Source: the human T2T-CHM13v2.0 reference genome, Homo sapiens. From it: a stretch of DNA of 64,000 bases. Every line of letters begins with the position of its first letter. Position 1 is the stretch's first letter. Positions 16,400 through 28,813 of the stretch are shown here, piece after piece. Under the pieces are notes generated by a model. It ran no database searches and was not told the DNA's origin. It saw only the letters and a list, made by a program, of their open reading frames with translations. The stretch lies in NCBI RefSeq assembly GCF_009914755.1, contig NC_060931.1; one strand, written 5' to 3'. Position numbers and translations under genes: made by a program.

Positions 16400-19300
16400 A
16401 TGCTCTGCAGGACTTTATGTGGTGACTACCTGTCCTCCTTCAGGGACTGCAGGCCTGTGATTATGAAATAGAAATAAAGCAAAATTCCCCAGCTCATAAA
16501 AGACTTCACTCACACCACGTGGCTGCCAACCAATAGGAGTAAGATGGGCTAGTGAAAATTGCAAGTACTTGTGGAGAAGATTAGACGATTGATTCAAATA
16601 ATGTCACTACTATAAAGAAAATTTTAATCTGGATTTATCAAGCCCCTTTGGTCCAGGTCTCTGAACTAATATTTAGAGGCAAAGAGGACAGAAAAAAAAA
16701 AAAAAAAAGCACAAGTTTACAGAACAAGGAACTCAGCATCATTGCTTAAGGTTTAAACTTTAAGTTTTTATCTGGCTGTGGATATAAATTTGGGTTACCT
16801 CTTCTAGCTGATAACGTATAGCATTTGGCAAATCTGTGCTTAAAAATTCACAAATTAATTCCCATCTAATCACCACTGTCTTTCATTTTAGAATAATTAA
16901 ACATGAGCTAATTAAATGAGTCTTTTGAAAGTGAGATTATTTGATAGCATTAACCTACATTTGACCTGCTGAGGATGGCACATTAGATGCCAATGCATTA
17001 TTTCAGGTTTTGCATTATGTTGTTGTGACCTGCTATAATTATAAGAGGAAAATTTTTCTCTTTATTTATGACACATAATTTTAGATGGCTTCCAGATATT
17101 ACATCTCATCTTGTTTTCCTCTTTATGAGATGCAAAGATATTGCCACCATCCAATTACACTGGATCACAAGCTTTAGACCGGCTATGATTTAATTACATT
17201 TTTGTTCATTCAAACATTTATACCTCGTGTGTGTTTCCAAATCATTCTCACTCTAGTGGCAATTTCCCAACGTGGCTGCAGGAGAAAATGGCCTTTGAAA
17301 CAGTGCTCTCTCTGCAGTGCTTCAGAGAGAGAGGCAGCACATGAAGAAGAACCTCAGAAGATGAGGGCTAGGCTTGAAGCACGGTTTCATTAATACTGGA
17401 TGGCAGAAAAGGAGCCAAGTCCCAGATAATGAGGAAGGAGTTGCAATTTTTTTTAAAGGTATCTGGTGACAGGGAAAACAAAAATGACATTCAGCTGACG
17501 AATGAGCGGAGTTTGACCTAGCCTTTTGACCCTTGACAATCAATCTTACCTGCTACTTCATAAAGAATTATAGCTCTGCCACTCACATTTGACTCTGTAT
17601 TTTTACTATTCCCTTTACCTTTTTTTTTTTTTTGAATACATGGTCCAAGAAGATAAATGTTTATGTTGGATATAGCAGAGAGGAGGAAATATGGGATACT
17701 CAGAAGGGGGAAAAAACGGAGAAGGAGAGGAGAGAGCAACAAGACCAACAGCCATAAAATGGTTTATACATGCAATTCAGAATTGTCAGGGATATTTTTT
17801 ATGTGGCTGACCAAAATAGCAACTGGAAATAACTGATGACCCTACACACCTTCCACCCGGCGCCGGGCTAGATGTGAAACCTATAAGAGTGGGGGTGAGT
17901 CCCGAGCTCATCTTCCTGTCTGCCTCTCTGCTCCCCACCTCCACCCTCTCTAAAATGCATCCAGTGAATTTTGATGAATCCATTCCCCGTCCACGGGCTC
18001 TGATTACCACGTTCATTGTGAAGGGTTTTGGTGCCATCATTATGGGAAAGAAAGGGCAGGGAGTCCTGGCCACTGAGCTGTTTTCATTATCTGTTCAAGG
18101 CACCAATGCAAGCACTAAACAGTTTGTGCTCGGCCCACCTTTGTGTCCACCAACAGAGCGTAAATCAACAGGGGTGAAAAGTAGCTCACTGGGGAGCGAG
18201 AGGAAACACCTTAGGAATAAGAGATAAGGTCTTCGTTGGCATTTGGGATGCATTGTTTTTATATATAATTTGATGCGGTTTGTCTCAAGACACTAAAACT
18301 GAGGCTAGTCAGCAAGAGCAACTTTATGGAGCTTGCCCCGTACATAAGCTGACCATGGGGAGTTCTTCTTGCCTTTATAGAGTCGAGAATCTTTTCATGA
18401 CTGTACTGGAGACTTCAGCAAAAACTCAGTCTCATAGAAGCGGAATGCAATTTTTGACCATTCAATCCATCCTGGATCACTGGGAACGTAAAGCTGTTTT
18501 CCTCATCTAACCTCAAAGAAGATAATTGGGTTGGGGGGCTGCAGGGATGGCTGGGGTCTTGCAGTGGCTCTCAAAACCAAAAAAGAAAACATCAGAGTAG
18601 GCTGTGCGCAAATGAGCCGTTTCGTACCTCCCTTCCAAACCCCGAATCTTGCTTGGGCTCTGGCCGCCTCTGTCTTACCAAAAAGAGAAAGCATCCAGGC
18701 AAATAAAAAGAACCTAGTGATTGCGTGAAAAGCCACCAATCTAGCTCTGACACCTTTCTCGGTAAGCAGGGATTACACTTTGCTGTTAGCCGCTTCACAA
18801 AGCCAGCTGTGCGCCTGCCTCTGCCCGGCCCCGACGGTGCCAGGCTCCTCTCTGCTGCGGTTCAGCTGGCTTCTGGGGGGCCACCCTCCCTCTCCTTGGC
18901 ATGGAATTCGTTACTTCCAGAATTACAAGGCTGACAAGCTGTTTATGAGGTGTTTCCGGGCTGTGTGTTCATAAAGAATCTCCCCTCAAAATAGGGCGAG
19001 CTCGTTAATGGAGGAAGTGAGGTCAGTGTGCTTCTGACAATCCTAACAAGATGACAGAATTTATGAAGCGCTGCGGTAGAAAGATGTAGTTATCTGCAGT
19101 CTATTCATATAATAAGGCCGCTTGGGGCCCGTCGTTACTCCCCTTGAATTTGTTTTCCTTTCTTCATTCCTTTTTGTTGTCCGGCTCTTCCTTTGGCTTT
19201 CCTTTCGGATCTACCTAGAACCATTATCGCTTCAGACCACGTGATAGCCGAGGGAAGCAGGCCCACTTCCTCTTAAGGATGGGTGGCCCGTTCACTGGAC

Positions 19301-19400
19301 TGTGTGTGAACCCCGGTGACAAGGGAGGGTGGAGTGGGCCAAGTCTTTGGGTCAGCTTTGCATAAAACCTAAATGTGGTACCAAATCAGCAGCACCTGAA
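16400..19400. promoter_or_regulatory. Candidate developmental enhancer block (repeat-poor, CpG-retaining core 18600-19320)
   Basis: No recognisable repeat; about 29 CpG by hand count in 18601-19320; PBX-HOX, MEIS, TTTATG, nuclear-receptor half-site, ETS and E-box motifs. Function is inferred. Confidence 0.45.
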
Positions 19401-19982
19401 GACCGAGTTCACATTTTAACTCAACCCAAAAAAGGAAACCCGTGACTGTTTTTAAAGTCCAACTCTTTCTCATCCCAATGAACGAGGACATCTCTTTTTC
19501 TACAACCCTGTGAGGTGAGGTGAAATTGCACTGTCCCTGGGGAAACTGAGAGGCATGAAACCATCCTGGCCTGAGTGATCAGCGAAGACTGGATGGGGAG
19601 GTCCAGCTTGGTCTGCACAAGACTGGAGCAAAGGATGAAAAAATTTGAAAGGGAAAAAGGAAGAAAAGTAAGTTAAACCCTTTTGGTATTAAAATTGAGA
19701 GGCAATTTGTTAATAGCATTTATTAGTTGGAAAAACTAATAACCAGTTAAGTTGATTAGTAAAAGGAAATAAAGTAGTGCCTGTATTCAAACTATGAGAA
19801 TCAGGTCTAGTGAGATCATTTCACTGTGGGAGAAAGGTCCCTTCAGAAACCTGAAACCATGATGGCAACAGCTGTCTCTATTTTTTACTCTGACTTGATG
19901 TTTCTGGTTAGCCAGAGGAATTAGAAGTAGGTTTTTCCAGCCAATTTGTTAACAAGATGCATTCATTTGTCTAACAATAGTA

Positions 19983-20076
19983 TTAGGTTGGCGCAAAAGT
20001 AATTGCGGTTTTTGCCATCAAAAAGTGATGGCAAAAAGCGATGGCAAAAACCACAATTACTTTTGCGCCAACCTAA
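19983..20076. mobile_element. MADE1 (Hsmar1-derived mariner MITE), miR-548-type hairpin
   Basis: TTAGGTTGGCGCAAAAGTAATTGCGGTTTTTGCCATC ... GATGGCAAAAACCACAATTACTTTTGCGCCAACCTAA inverted arms; TA TSDs at 19981-19982 and 20077-20078. Confidence 0.95.
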
Positions 20077-20944
20077 TACTACACAATCCACTGGGGAGAA
20101 GGAAAAATAAAAAGAGTTACTTTGGATAAGCAAAACAAAAACATGCTACTGTTTCCTCTGCCTATCTAGACTGAAAGAGCTGTGAAGTAGCAAATGAGCC
20201 AAACTGTGTGTAAGTACAAAACAAAATTTATCTCAGTTGATGTTTTTATAAAACAGAGTCCATCTTACCTTTGAATTTTATGGACCAAAATGTTGTTTCA
20301 CTAGTTGCTGTACCATTGAAGTCCACCAAATGCATCCTGATTCATTCTAGAGCTCAAGAAAGGGATGGGCCAGTCTTGGTTAAGCCAGATCACCAAGAGA
20401 TGGCAGGACCTGTGCCACTCCCAGCAGGGGTGGCTAATGTTTATCCAGCCTGATGGGTGTAGGGTGGCTGGGCCATTCCACCTCCCACCTCAAGATTGAC
20501 TTGTATTTGACCCCAGGGAAGACCTCTTATGGGATGCTTGCTGGACTGAGCCCACAACATGAGAACATTTCAGAGTCAGGCCTGGGACTTATGTTGAAAG
20601 ACACTCTGCATTGAAATCAGGGGCGGGTCCTGGGGGAATGATCATTTCATTTGGCGAGTGAAACAGGAATTCCACAATACTTCATGGATTCAGAGAAACA
20701 GATTATGAATAGATTCTCATTTTTCGGTCATGCCATGAACTACTCTAGGGTCAAAAAATTATATTTCTTAGTTTGCATTCTGGTAGTCCTAAGCAAGATT
20801 GTTTTAAATGCTTGCTTGCTTGCTTTTTTTTTTTTCAAAATATTTAGTCCAAATTGTCTTTTCCACAGTTATCAGAGTCCTAAAATGAAAACCTAGGGGG
20901 TATGCGTGATTGAGTTCTGTAAGCAACACACGAAAATCAGTCTA

Positions 20945-21325
<381 letters not shown>

Positions 21326-22089
21326 TCAAACCTAGTATTTAGATAGAGTAGTCCTGTGTGTTGTTATATCTTGATATCAAGAAGGCAATGCTACTTAAAA
21401 TGATTTCTACAAACTTCATAGACAATTGTCTAAAATTCATCCACTAGAAATTTCTTCCAATACATAATTAAACATATTCTTTCAAAACACAAGTAACTTG
21501 AGAGAATTAACCCAGTTTTATTTCATATCAACAACATGTACCAGACACTAGACTAGACCTGAGGAATCTTGGTACCTGCCTCTGTAAAGCTGCATTTCCC
21601 TGTTATCAGCCCTTCACACTTTAGCAGAAATTAATGAGGAGCTAGTGCTGTTATCAGACCTTTGCACCCTAATGGGAGTGCATTTATCACATAAATGTCA
21701 TCTGTAATAGCTTTATGAGAGCAAAGTCACATCATAGATTTAAGGAAATTGAAACTTAGAGATATCTATTAAGCTTATAGTATTCTAGTTAATAATTTCA
21801 GAGTGGAGCCCAGTCTTCCTACATAGATTCCTGCTGTACATTCTCTGGGTTTTTATCTTTTGTGAGAACAAGAGAAAATGGAAGAGTTATTAGATGCTCA
21901 TTAATTACAGAAACTCTAAAATTAATTATTTACGAGAACTCTAAAACTAATTAATCTGTTTTCCCTACCAAACAAATTTTAAATCTGAATTTTTGCCTTC
22001 CCTACTAAGTATCCTTGAGAACAAGATACAATATCTTAGTCTAATTGTAGCCCTAATACTCACATTTACCATGTATAGCATTTCAATAA

Positions 22090-22562
22090 GCTACCATCCC
22101 TTCTCCTCTTCCTCTCCTCACATCCAATCTGTTTTCCACGCTGCAACCAGCGTGATCTTCTCAAAATGCAAATTTTAGCATTTTGTACCCTTGTAGCTCT
22201 TGGGATAAAAGCCAAAATCCCTAAACACAGCCTCAAGGCCTCCTTCCCCAGGTCTCCTGACTCCCTCCCACTGCACAGTCTGTGCTGGTGGTGTTCCCTC
22301 TGCCTGGAACCTCCTTCCTCCCCACCTCATTGGCACGAACTCATCCTCAGGGAAGCCACCCTCCTGCCAGTGCCACCCCAGAGGGGAACAGATGTAACTT
22401 TACATTCCTATATGTGATTATTAGCTTAACGTGTTTTCCCCTCTTGACGCTTAGCTCTATGACAATAGGTTCTACACCTGGTTTTGTTCACTATGGTTTC
22501 TCCAGTGCCTGGCCCATGTCTCTCATTGAATGCATGAATGAACGAATCAATGAATGAATGAG
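22090..22562 (+). mobile_element. L2 3' fragments
   Basis: TGTTTTCCACGCTGCAACCAGCGTGATCTT, GTTCCCTCTGCCTGGAAC, CCAGTGCCTGG and (TGAA)n terminus. Confidence 0.7.
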
Positions 22563-22854
22563 TTTAACTGCTTCATAAAAGCTCAGTGCATTTATTTATT
22601 CAAAGCCACAGGAGTTTTTAACATTAACATGCTCTGTAACCCCAAGGTATCAGAACAATATGTACAGCCCGGAGAGCTTTTAATTCTAAAATATATTTGA
22701 AAGCCTAGGTCTGTTTGTGCCTATGAGACAAAAGAGTTAAATTAAGCAGTAATTAAGAAGAGTTGATGATTAGAGTAAAATCTCTAATAATAATGCTTTT
22801 TAAATTGTATTCTTTAGTGTTTATGCCTAATTATTTTAATAGGGGTGTTTACAA

Positions 22855-22856
22855 AC

Positions 22857-22909
<53 letters not shown>
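22855..22909. repeat. (CA)n microsatellite, 20 uninterrupted AC units at 22869-22908
   Basis: Read directly from the sequence. Confidence 0.97.
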
Positions 22910-22911
<2 letters not shown>

Positions 22912-23388
22912 AATTCACATATACGTGCACATTTTTTTCCTGGACTGAATTCAGCATTCCTGTATGAAGTCTGAGACTTTGTACTATGATACCATCAGCA
23001 TCACGGGTTTCCTATTGGCATTTACCTTCACTATAAGACAAAAATCACTTGAAACTCACATTTAACAAGTGATGACGTGGGCCACGTTATTATAATACAA
23101 GAAAAACTTGGTTAAGTGTATAGTTGCCTCAGACCAATCTCTTATCTGACTACTACTTGAACCAAAAAGTAGGGAAACCGGAAATCTATTGCTTTAACAT
23201 ATATAATCATGGCCTGAATTAGTTTGCAAGACCACTGTGACATATATTGCTCCCCTCTTAAGTCCAGTCTTAAATAAAAGTATGTGTCTTGATGGATATT
23301 TCTACAATACAGCTGCTAGGCTGCCATCTGTGAAATGTCCCTGACAGTATGGGATGGGATTCAGTGTAGTCAAATTAAACTATCCTCA

Positions 23389-24887
23389 ACAAAGCTGCAG
23401 GTATCACACTACCTGACTTCAAACTATATTACAAGGCTACAGTAACCAAAACAGCATGGTACTGGTACCAAAACAGACATACAGATCAATGGAACAGAAC
23501 AGAGACCTCAGAAATAACACCACACATCGACAACCATCTGATCTTCGACAAACTGACAAAAACAAGCAATGGAGAAAGGATCTCCTATTCAGTAAATGAT
23601 GCTGGGAAAACTAGCTAGCCATATGCAGAAAACTGAAACTGGACCCCTTCCTTATACCTTATACAAAAATTATCTCAAGGTGGATTAAATACTTAAATCC
23701 AAAATCCAAAAAAATCCAAAACCATAAAAACCCTAGAAGAAAACCTAGGCAATACCATTAAGGACGTAGGCATGAGCAAAGACTTCATGACAAAAACACA
23801 AAAAGCAATTGCAACAAAAGCCAAAAATGACAAATGGGATCTAACTAAACTAGAGAGCTTCTGCACAGCAAAAGAAACTAGCATCAGAGTGAACAGGCAG
23901 CCCACAGAATGGGAGAAAATTTTTGCAATCTACCCATCTGACAAAGGTCTAATATCCAGAATTTACAAAGAACTTAAACAAATTTACAAGAAAAATATCA
24001 ACCCCATCAAAATGTGGGCAAAGGATATGAACAGACACTTCTCAAAAGAAGACATTTACGTGGCCAACAAACATGAAAAAAAGCTCAACATCACTGATTA
24101 TCAGAGAAATGCAAATCAAAACCACAAGATACCATCTCATGCTAGTCAGAATGGCAATAAAAAAGGCAAGAAACAATAGAATGCTGGTGAGGCTGTGGAG
24201 AAATAGGAACACTTTTACACCGTTGGTGGGAATGTAAATTAGTTCAACCACTGTGGAAGACAGTGTGGCTATTCCTCAAGGATCTAGAACCAGAAATACC
24301 ATTTTACCCAGCAATCCCATTACTGGGTATATACCCAAAGGAATATAAATTATTCTACTATAAAGACACATGCACATGTAAGTTTATAGCAGCACTATTT
24401 ACAATAACAAAGACATGGAACCAACCCAAATGCCCATCAGTGATAGACTGGATAAAGAAAATGTGGTACATATACACCGTGGAATACTATGATGCCATAA
24501 AAAAAGAATGAGATCATGTCCTTTGCAGGGACATGGATGAAGCTGGAAGCCAACATCCTCAGCAAACTAACACAGGAGCAGAAAACCAAACACCACATGT
24601 TCTCACTTGTAAGTGGGAGTTGAACAATGAGAACACACGGACACAGGGAGGGGAACAACACACACCAGGGCCTGTTAGGGGGTGGGGAGTAAGGGGAGGG
24701 AGAGCATTAGGACAAATACCTAATGCATGTGGGACTTAAAACCTAGATGATGGGTTGATAGGTGCAGCAAACCACCATGGCACATGTAAACCTATGTAAC
24801 AAATCTGCACGTTCTGCACATGTATCCTGGAACTTAAAGTAAAATAAAATAAAACAAAAATAAAAATTAAATTAAATTTTAAAAAAT
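23389..24887 (+). mobile_element. 5'-truncated L1PA8-like element
   Basis: Degenerate ORF2 3' part; 3'UTR GAGCATTAGGACAAATACCTAATGCATG..CTTAAAACCTAGATGA; TSD TTAAACTA(T/C)CCTCA at 23375-23388 and 24888-24901. Confidence 0.92.
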
Positions 24888-26164
24888 TTAAACTACCCTC
24901 ACCTGCTTTTGAAGTCGGGCCAGGCAGATGCTTGCAGTTTTATTTTTCATCACTACTTCACATATTTTTCTTCATCTTTTTTGAATAACCAGACAGTCTT
25001 ATCTGTTGACCCTTTTGGCTACTGCTGTGTATTTCATCTATTTCATAAAGATCTGTTTGGGTCCACTTAGAGAGGGAACTCAAATAATTAATAAGCCCAA
25101 TTCCCTGAATTGTGCCTACAGCATTTGATACTTCCGAAAGACACTGAAATAAACAAAACAGAAACAGCTAGAAGTGTGTCAGTTTCACAGCAGGCCATGA
25201 AAAAATCCTCCCTGCCCAGCAGAAAACTACTTGTAAATAGGTAATGAGGGGCTTGAGTTGTTTCAAGTTTGATATGGGCTTCATTCATAATTGAATGTTG
25301 AAATCTAAAAATCGTGAGAACTAAATAAACCGGATTTAAGGAGCATTTGGTTAGAAACTAAACAACACTCCTAGATTACCCATCTCACTGGCATTTTTGC
25401 TGTTTCTGCACGTGGGTCTTCATTCATCTCCAAAAGGGCCTTTGCTGATGTCAAGGTCCCTCAGGCAGGAAAGGCTCAGGAGAATTCTCAGCCAGGGAAA
25501 AAGTGATGAGCCACAACTTGATTAACTTAGCACGCTGGCATGTGCCCCGAGGCAGCTTCCTTCAGGCCATGCTTTTTGCTGCCAAACAGCCACTGTTGTT
25601 TCATGCCCCCAGCCAGGAGGCAGAGACTCCTTCTCAGCATCCAGCCCACTGTTTTTGTTTCCAGCAGTCTCAGTTAGGCCGCCTTACTTCCCACTGCAGA
25701 GCCACATCTCTTCCCCTCCCAAAGGCAGGCCAAGCCCACGAGGACCCACCATATACCGTATTTTCCAGTGCCAATCACCTTCAGCCACTGATGAAATCCT
25801 GAAACCCAAGCATAGGAAACTGTGTCCTTCACAAAAATGTTACAAGAGAAAAAGGTAAACAAACGTGACTTTATAAAAGTTTAAAACTTCTACATGGCTA
25901 AACTAAACATTGTGATAAATAACTAGAACTAAAGTGGAAGCCAGAATTCAGTTGTGTGGAATGGAAACCATGCAGATAATCAAGGATGTATCCAGATCCC
26001 CGAAGACCAGGAAGGGAGGGAAAGTGGGCAGAGGAGTGATAGGGACCTTAGGAAGGTGTTTCAAAGTGCTGGGGAGGGACTTACAACTCTCAGGCCAGTC
26101 CTCACGGCAAGTGACGAATGCTGGAGCTGGCCAACAGCCACCCTCTTCAGCCCTCACTTAACTT

Positions 26165-26588
26165 CGGCATAGTTGGCTTGGGCTGCTGTAACAAAGTACC
26201 ACAGACTGGGTGGCTAACACAACAGAAATTTATTTTCTTACAGTTCTGGAGACGCAAAGTCTGCAATCGAGGTGTCAGCAGGGGTGGCTCCTTCTGAGGG
26301 CCATGGAGGAAGCATCTGTCCCAGGCCTCTCTCCTTGGCTTGCAGATGGCTGTCTTCTCCCTGAGAGGTCACATCACCTTCCCTCTGTCCACGTCCATGT
26401 CTAAATTTCCTCTTCTTATCAGGACACCAGTCACACGAGATTAGAGCCCACCCTAAGGACCTGATTTTAACCTAATGTCTGTCCTCTTTAAAGATCCTAT
26501 CTCCGAACACAGTCATATTCTGAGAGTCCTGGGGTTAGGACTTCAACAGAGAAACTTGGCAAGAGGAGACATAATTCAGCCTCTAACA
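26165..26588 (-). mobile_element. MaLR solo LTR (MLT1B-like)
   Basis: GGGCTGCTGTAACAAAGTACCACAGACTGGGTGGCT...CCTTCTGAGGGC...GGGGTTAGGACTTCAACA...ATTCAGCCTCTAACA. Confidence 0.85.
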
Positions 26589-26899
26589 ACTTTACTGGGA
26601 AACTCACTACCACTTTTGCAAAGTTATTTTCCTTGAAATGCTGTCTTTCATTTTACAGGGAAAATTGTATCCCATTTGTGTTTTGAGGAAATGCCATAGA
26701 GTAACTTTGCCTTTCTTCTTCTCAGGATTTTTATATTTTGGTCCACTATGATGGCTATCCAGAAGGCTATCCAGATGCTCAAAAGTGGTTTTTCAGTGGC
26801 TATTTAATAGTTTTTCGACTCCTTTTCTTTGCTATCCTGTAAAGCTAGAATTGATGCATTTCTAGAAGTTTGGGTTGTGTTTATTTCAGAGTCTTCCAG

Positions 26900-27850
26900 C
26901 ATCAGGAAGAAATGATGAGATCTTCCCAGTGCCCTTGCAAATCATGGCATCCAGAACTGAACACAATATTCCCCTGTAGGATCTGTCAGTCCACCGTGCA
27001 GAGGGGTTTTACAGCCTTTCCTCCAGGCACTGTTCCTTTATCAATCACATCAGCGCTGGCCAACAGCATCATTCTGTTGTTGAATCCATTGTAGCTCGTT
27101 GTCATCCACAACCTGTAAGGCTTTTTAACATGTGCTGCTGTTACCCGTAGATCACACACTAGCAATCTTGCAGAGGCACAGGTGTGTGAGTGTGTGCGTG
27201 TGAAACCACCACAAAGATTGCTAACTGTGCCTTCATTAAACTTTATGTGGTCAGGTTTGTGTCATCATTCCACCCTGTCATGAATTTTTTGGACCCTTAT
27301 TCCATCAGTCATTGCCCTGACAGTCTGTCCCTCTATGCCCTTATTCTAGTCACTAATGAAATGTTAAATAGAAAAGGGCTGAGGACAGATCTTTGAGGCA
27401 GTGCATCAGAGAGAGCTATCTGGGCTGACACTGCCCCATTAAAAAGTCCTCTAGACTTGCATGCTCAGTGATTTGTGGATTTTATGGAGCCACCAGTAGC
27501 CTATATTTTTCCAACTTAATCACACAGACATACTTTGTTGACTTTCTGCCTAAATCCACATAATGGTAGTAATTTGTCTATAGTTTCCTCCAAGTCTACA
27601 AAGCTAATGTTTCTCAGGGGAAAAAAAAAAAGAATTCTTCCTCTTTATTTGTTCATGGATAAGATGTGCCAGCTCTGTGCCATTGCCCCCTTTAAGCAGT
27701 TACAACCCGCTTATTTAATACAGTTGCTGTGAGTTTTGCATGAGAATGAAGTCAATTTCTCCAGTCTATAGTTTTCAGAAACCATCTTATTCCATCTTTT
27801 GAAATTTTTTACATTTTCTCAATTTCACACCCCATTCTCCTATGCAAATT
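26900..27850 (-). mobile_element. L3/CR1 LINE, degenerate RT-region fragment
   Basis: CCAGAACTGAACACAATA, AAATGTTAAATAGAAAAGGGCTGAGGACAGA and TTTCTCCAGTCTATAGTTTTCAGAA blocks typical of antisense L3. Confidence 0.65.
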
Positions 27851-28553
27851 CAAAAGTTATGAGACAAGTTTTGTTCAAATAAGCTTTGAACTAAGGTAAC
27901 CTAAGGACTCTTAAAAAAGAGGGTAATGGACAACAGGGGGGATCTACCCCACCACAGGAATAAAGATCATAATAGATGGATCTAATACCAAAAATGCACT
28001 GTTGGGGGGTGATATTTATTTCCCTCACACTCTATGCACTTGTGGATTTTGTTCCAAAGATAAAATGTTTGGGTAAGAGTCATTTGAAGACTAATAGAGT
28101 GTAAAAGAAGAAACTCAATACTCCACATTGGTATCACTGAATTCAGTAGTTGAATCTATATTCTAACCTGGCGCTGTTTATTCCCTGCATGTTTGATTGG
28201 TCTCAATGAAACTATGAGATCCTTGAAGATAGAGGCTATGTCTTATCATTGCTTGGACTCTCTACAGTGGTTAGCACAGCACAAGACATACAGAATTTCA
28301 ATAAGTACATTTGTCTTGACTTGAAAGAAACAATCAATGAGAGCCAGGAAACTAGAGTAGAATCAAAATTACTTCTTAGATAAGCAATATGCGTAACCAC
28401 ATCCTTTCTTCATCGCTTGAGCATCTATCATACAACCAGTTCCATTAGAGTACAGTAAGTGTTTGTAGAACTGAGCACACAGTAGGCATACAACAATGAC
28501 TGAGTGATGAGTGACTGAACGTCAGAGACCTAGATATGAGGTCTAATCCAGTC

Positions 28554-28735
28554 CAGTGGTTGTCAAATTTGAATGTGCATCAGAATCACTTGGAGGACTT
28601 TTTAAAACACAGATTCCTGGGTCCTACCCAGAGTATATCAGTTGCTCCAGGCTGGGGCCTGAAAATTTACATTTCTACTAAGTTCCAAAGTGATGCTCAT
28701 GCTGTTGGCTGGGGATTCCACTTGGAGAATCATTG
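28554..28735 (+). mobile_element. MER5A
   Basis: CAGTGGTTGTCAAA...GCATCAGAATCACTTGGAGG...AAAACACAGATTCCTGGG...GAGAATCATTG. Confidence 0.85.
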
Positions 28736-28813
28736 CTTTTGCATCTGCTTGAAAAGGCACTGGATATTGTAGCACAGACATAGCTGTCACTACAGTGTAT
28801 TGCTTTATGTTTT

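Noticed and set aside
17786-18974. Cluster of overlapping 60-117 aa ORFs in the candidate enhancer
   Set aside because: Non-ATG starts in those I checked, no recognisable domain, and explained by higher GC.
19983-20076. Assigning a specific MIR548 gene name
   Set aside because: Mature miR-548 sequences are shared by many MADE1 copies, and I do not recognise this precursor.
23772-24511. 135-aa and 82-aa ORFs
   Set aside because: Frameshifted L1PA8 ORF2 remnants.
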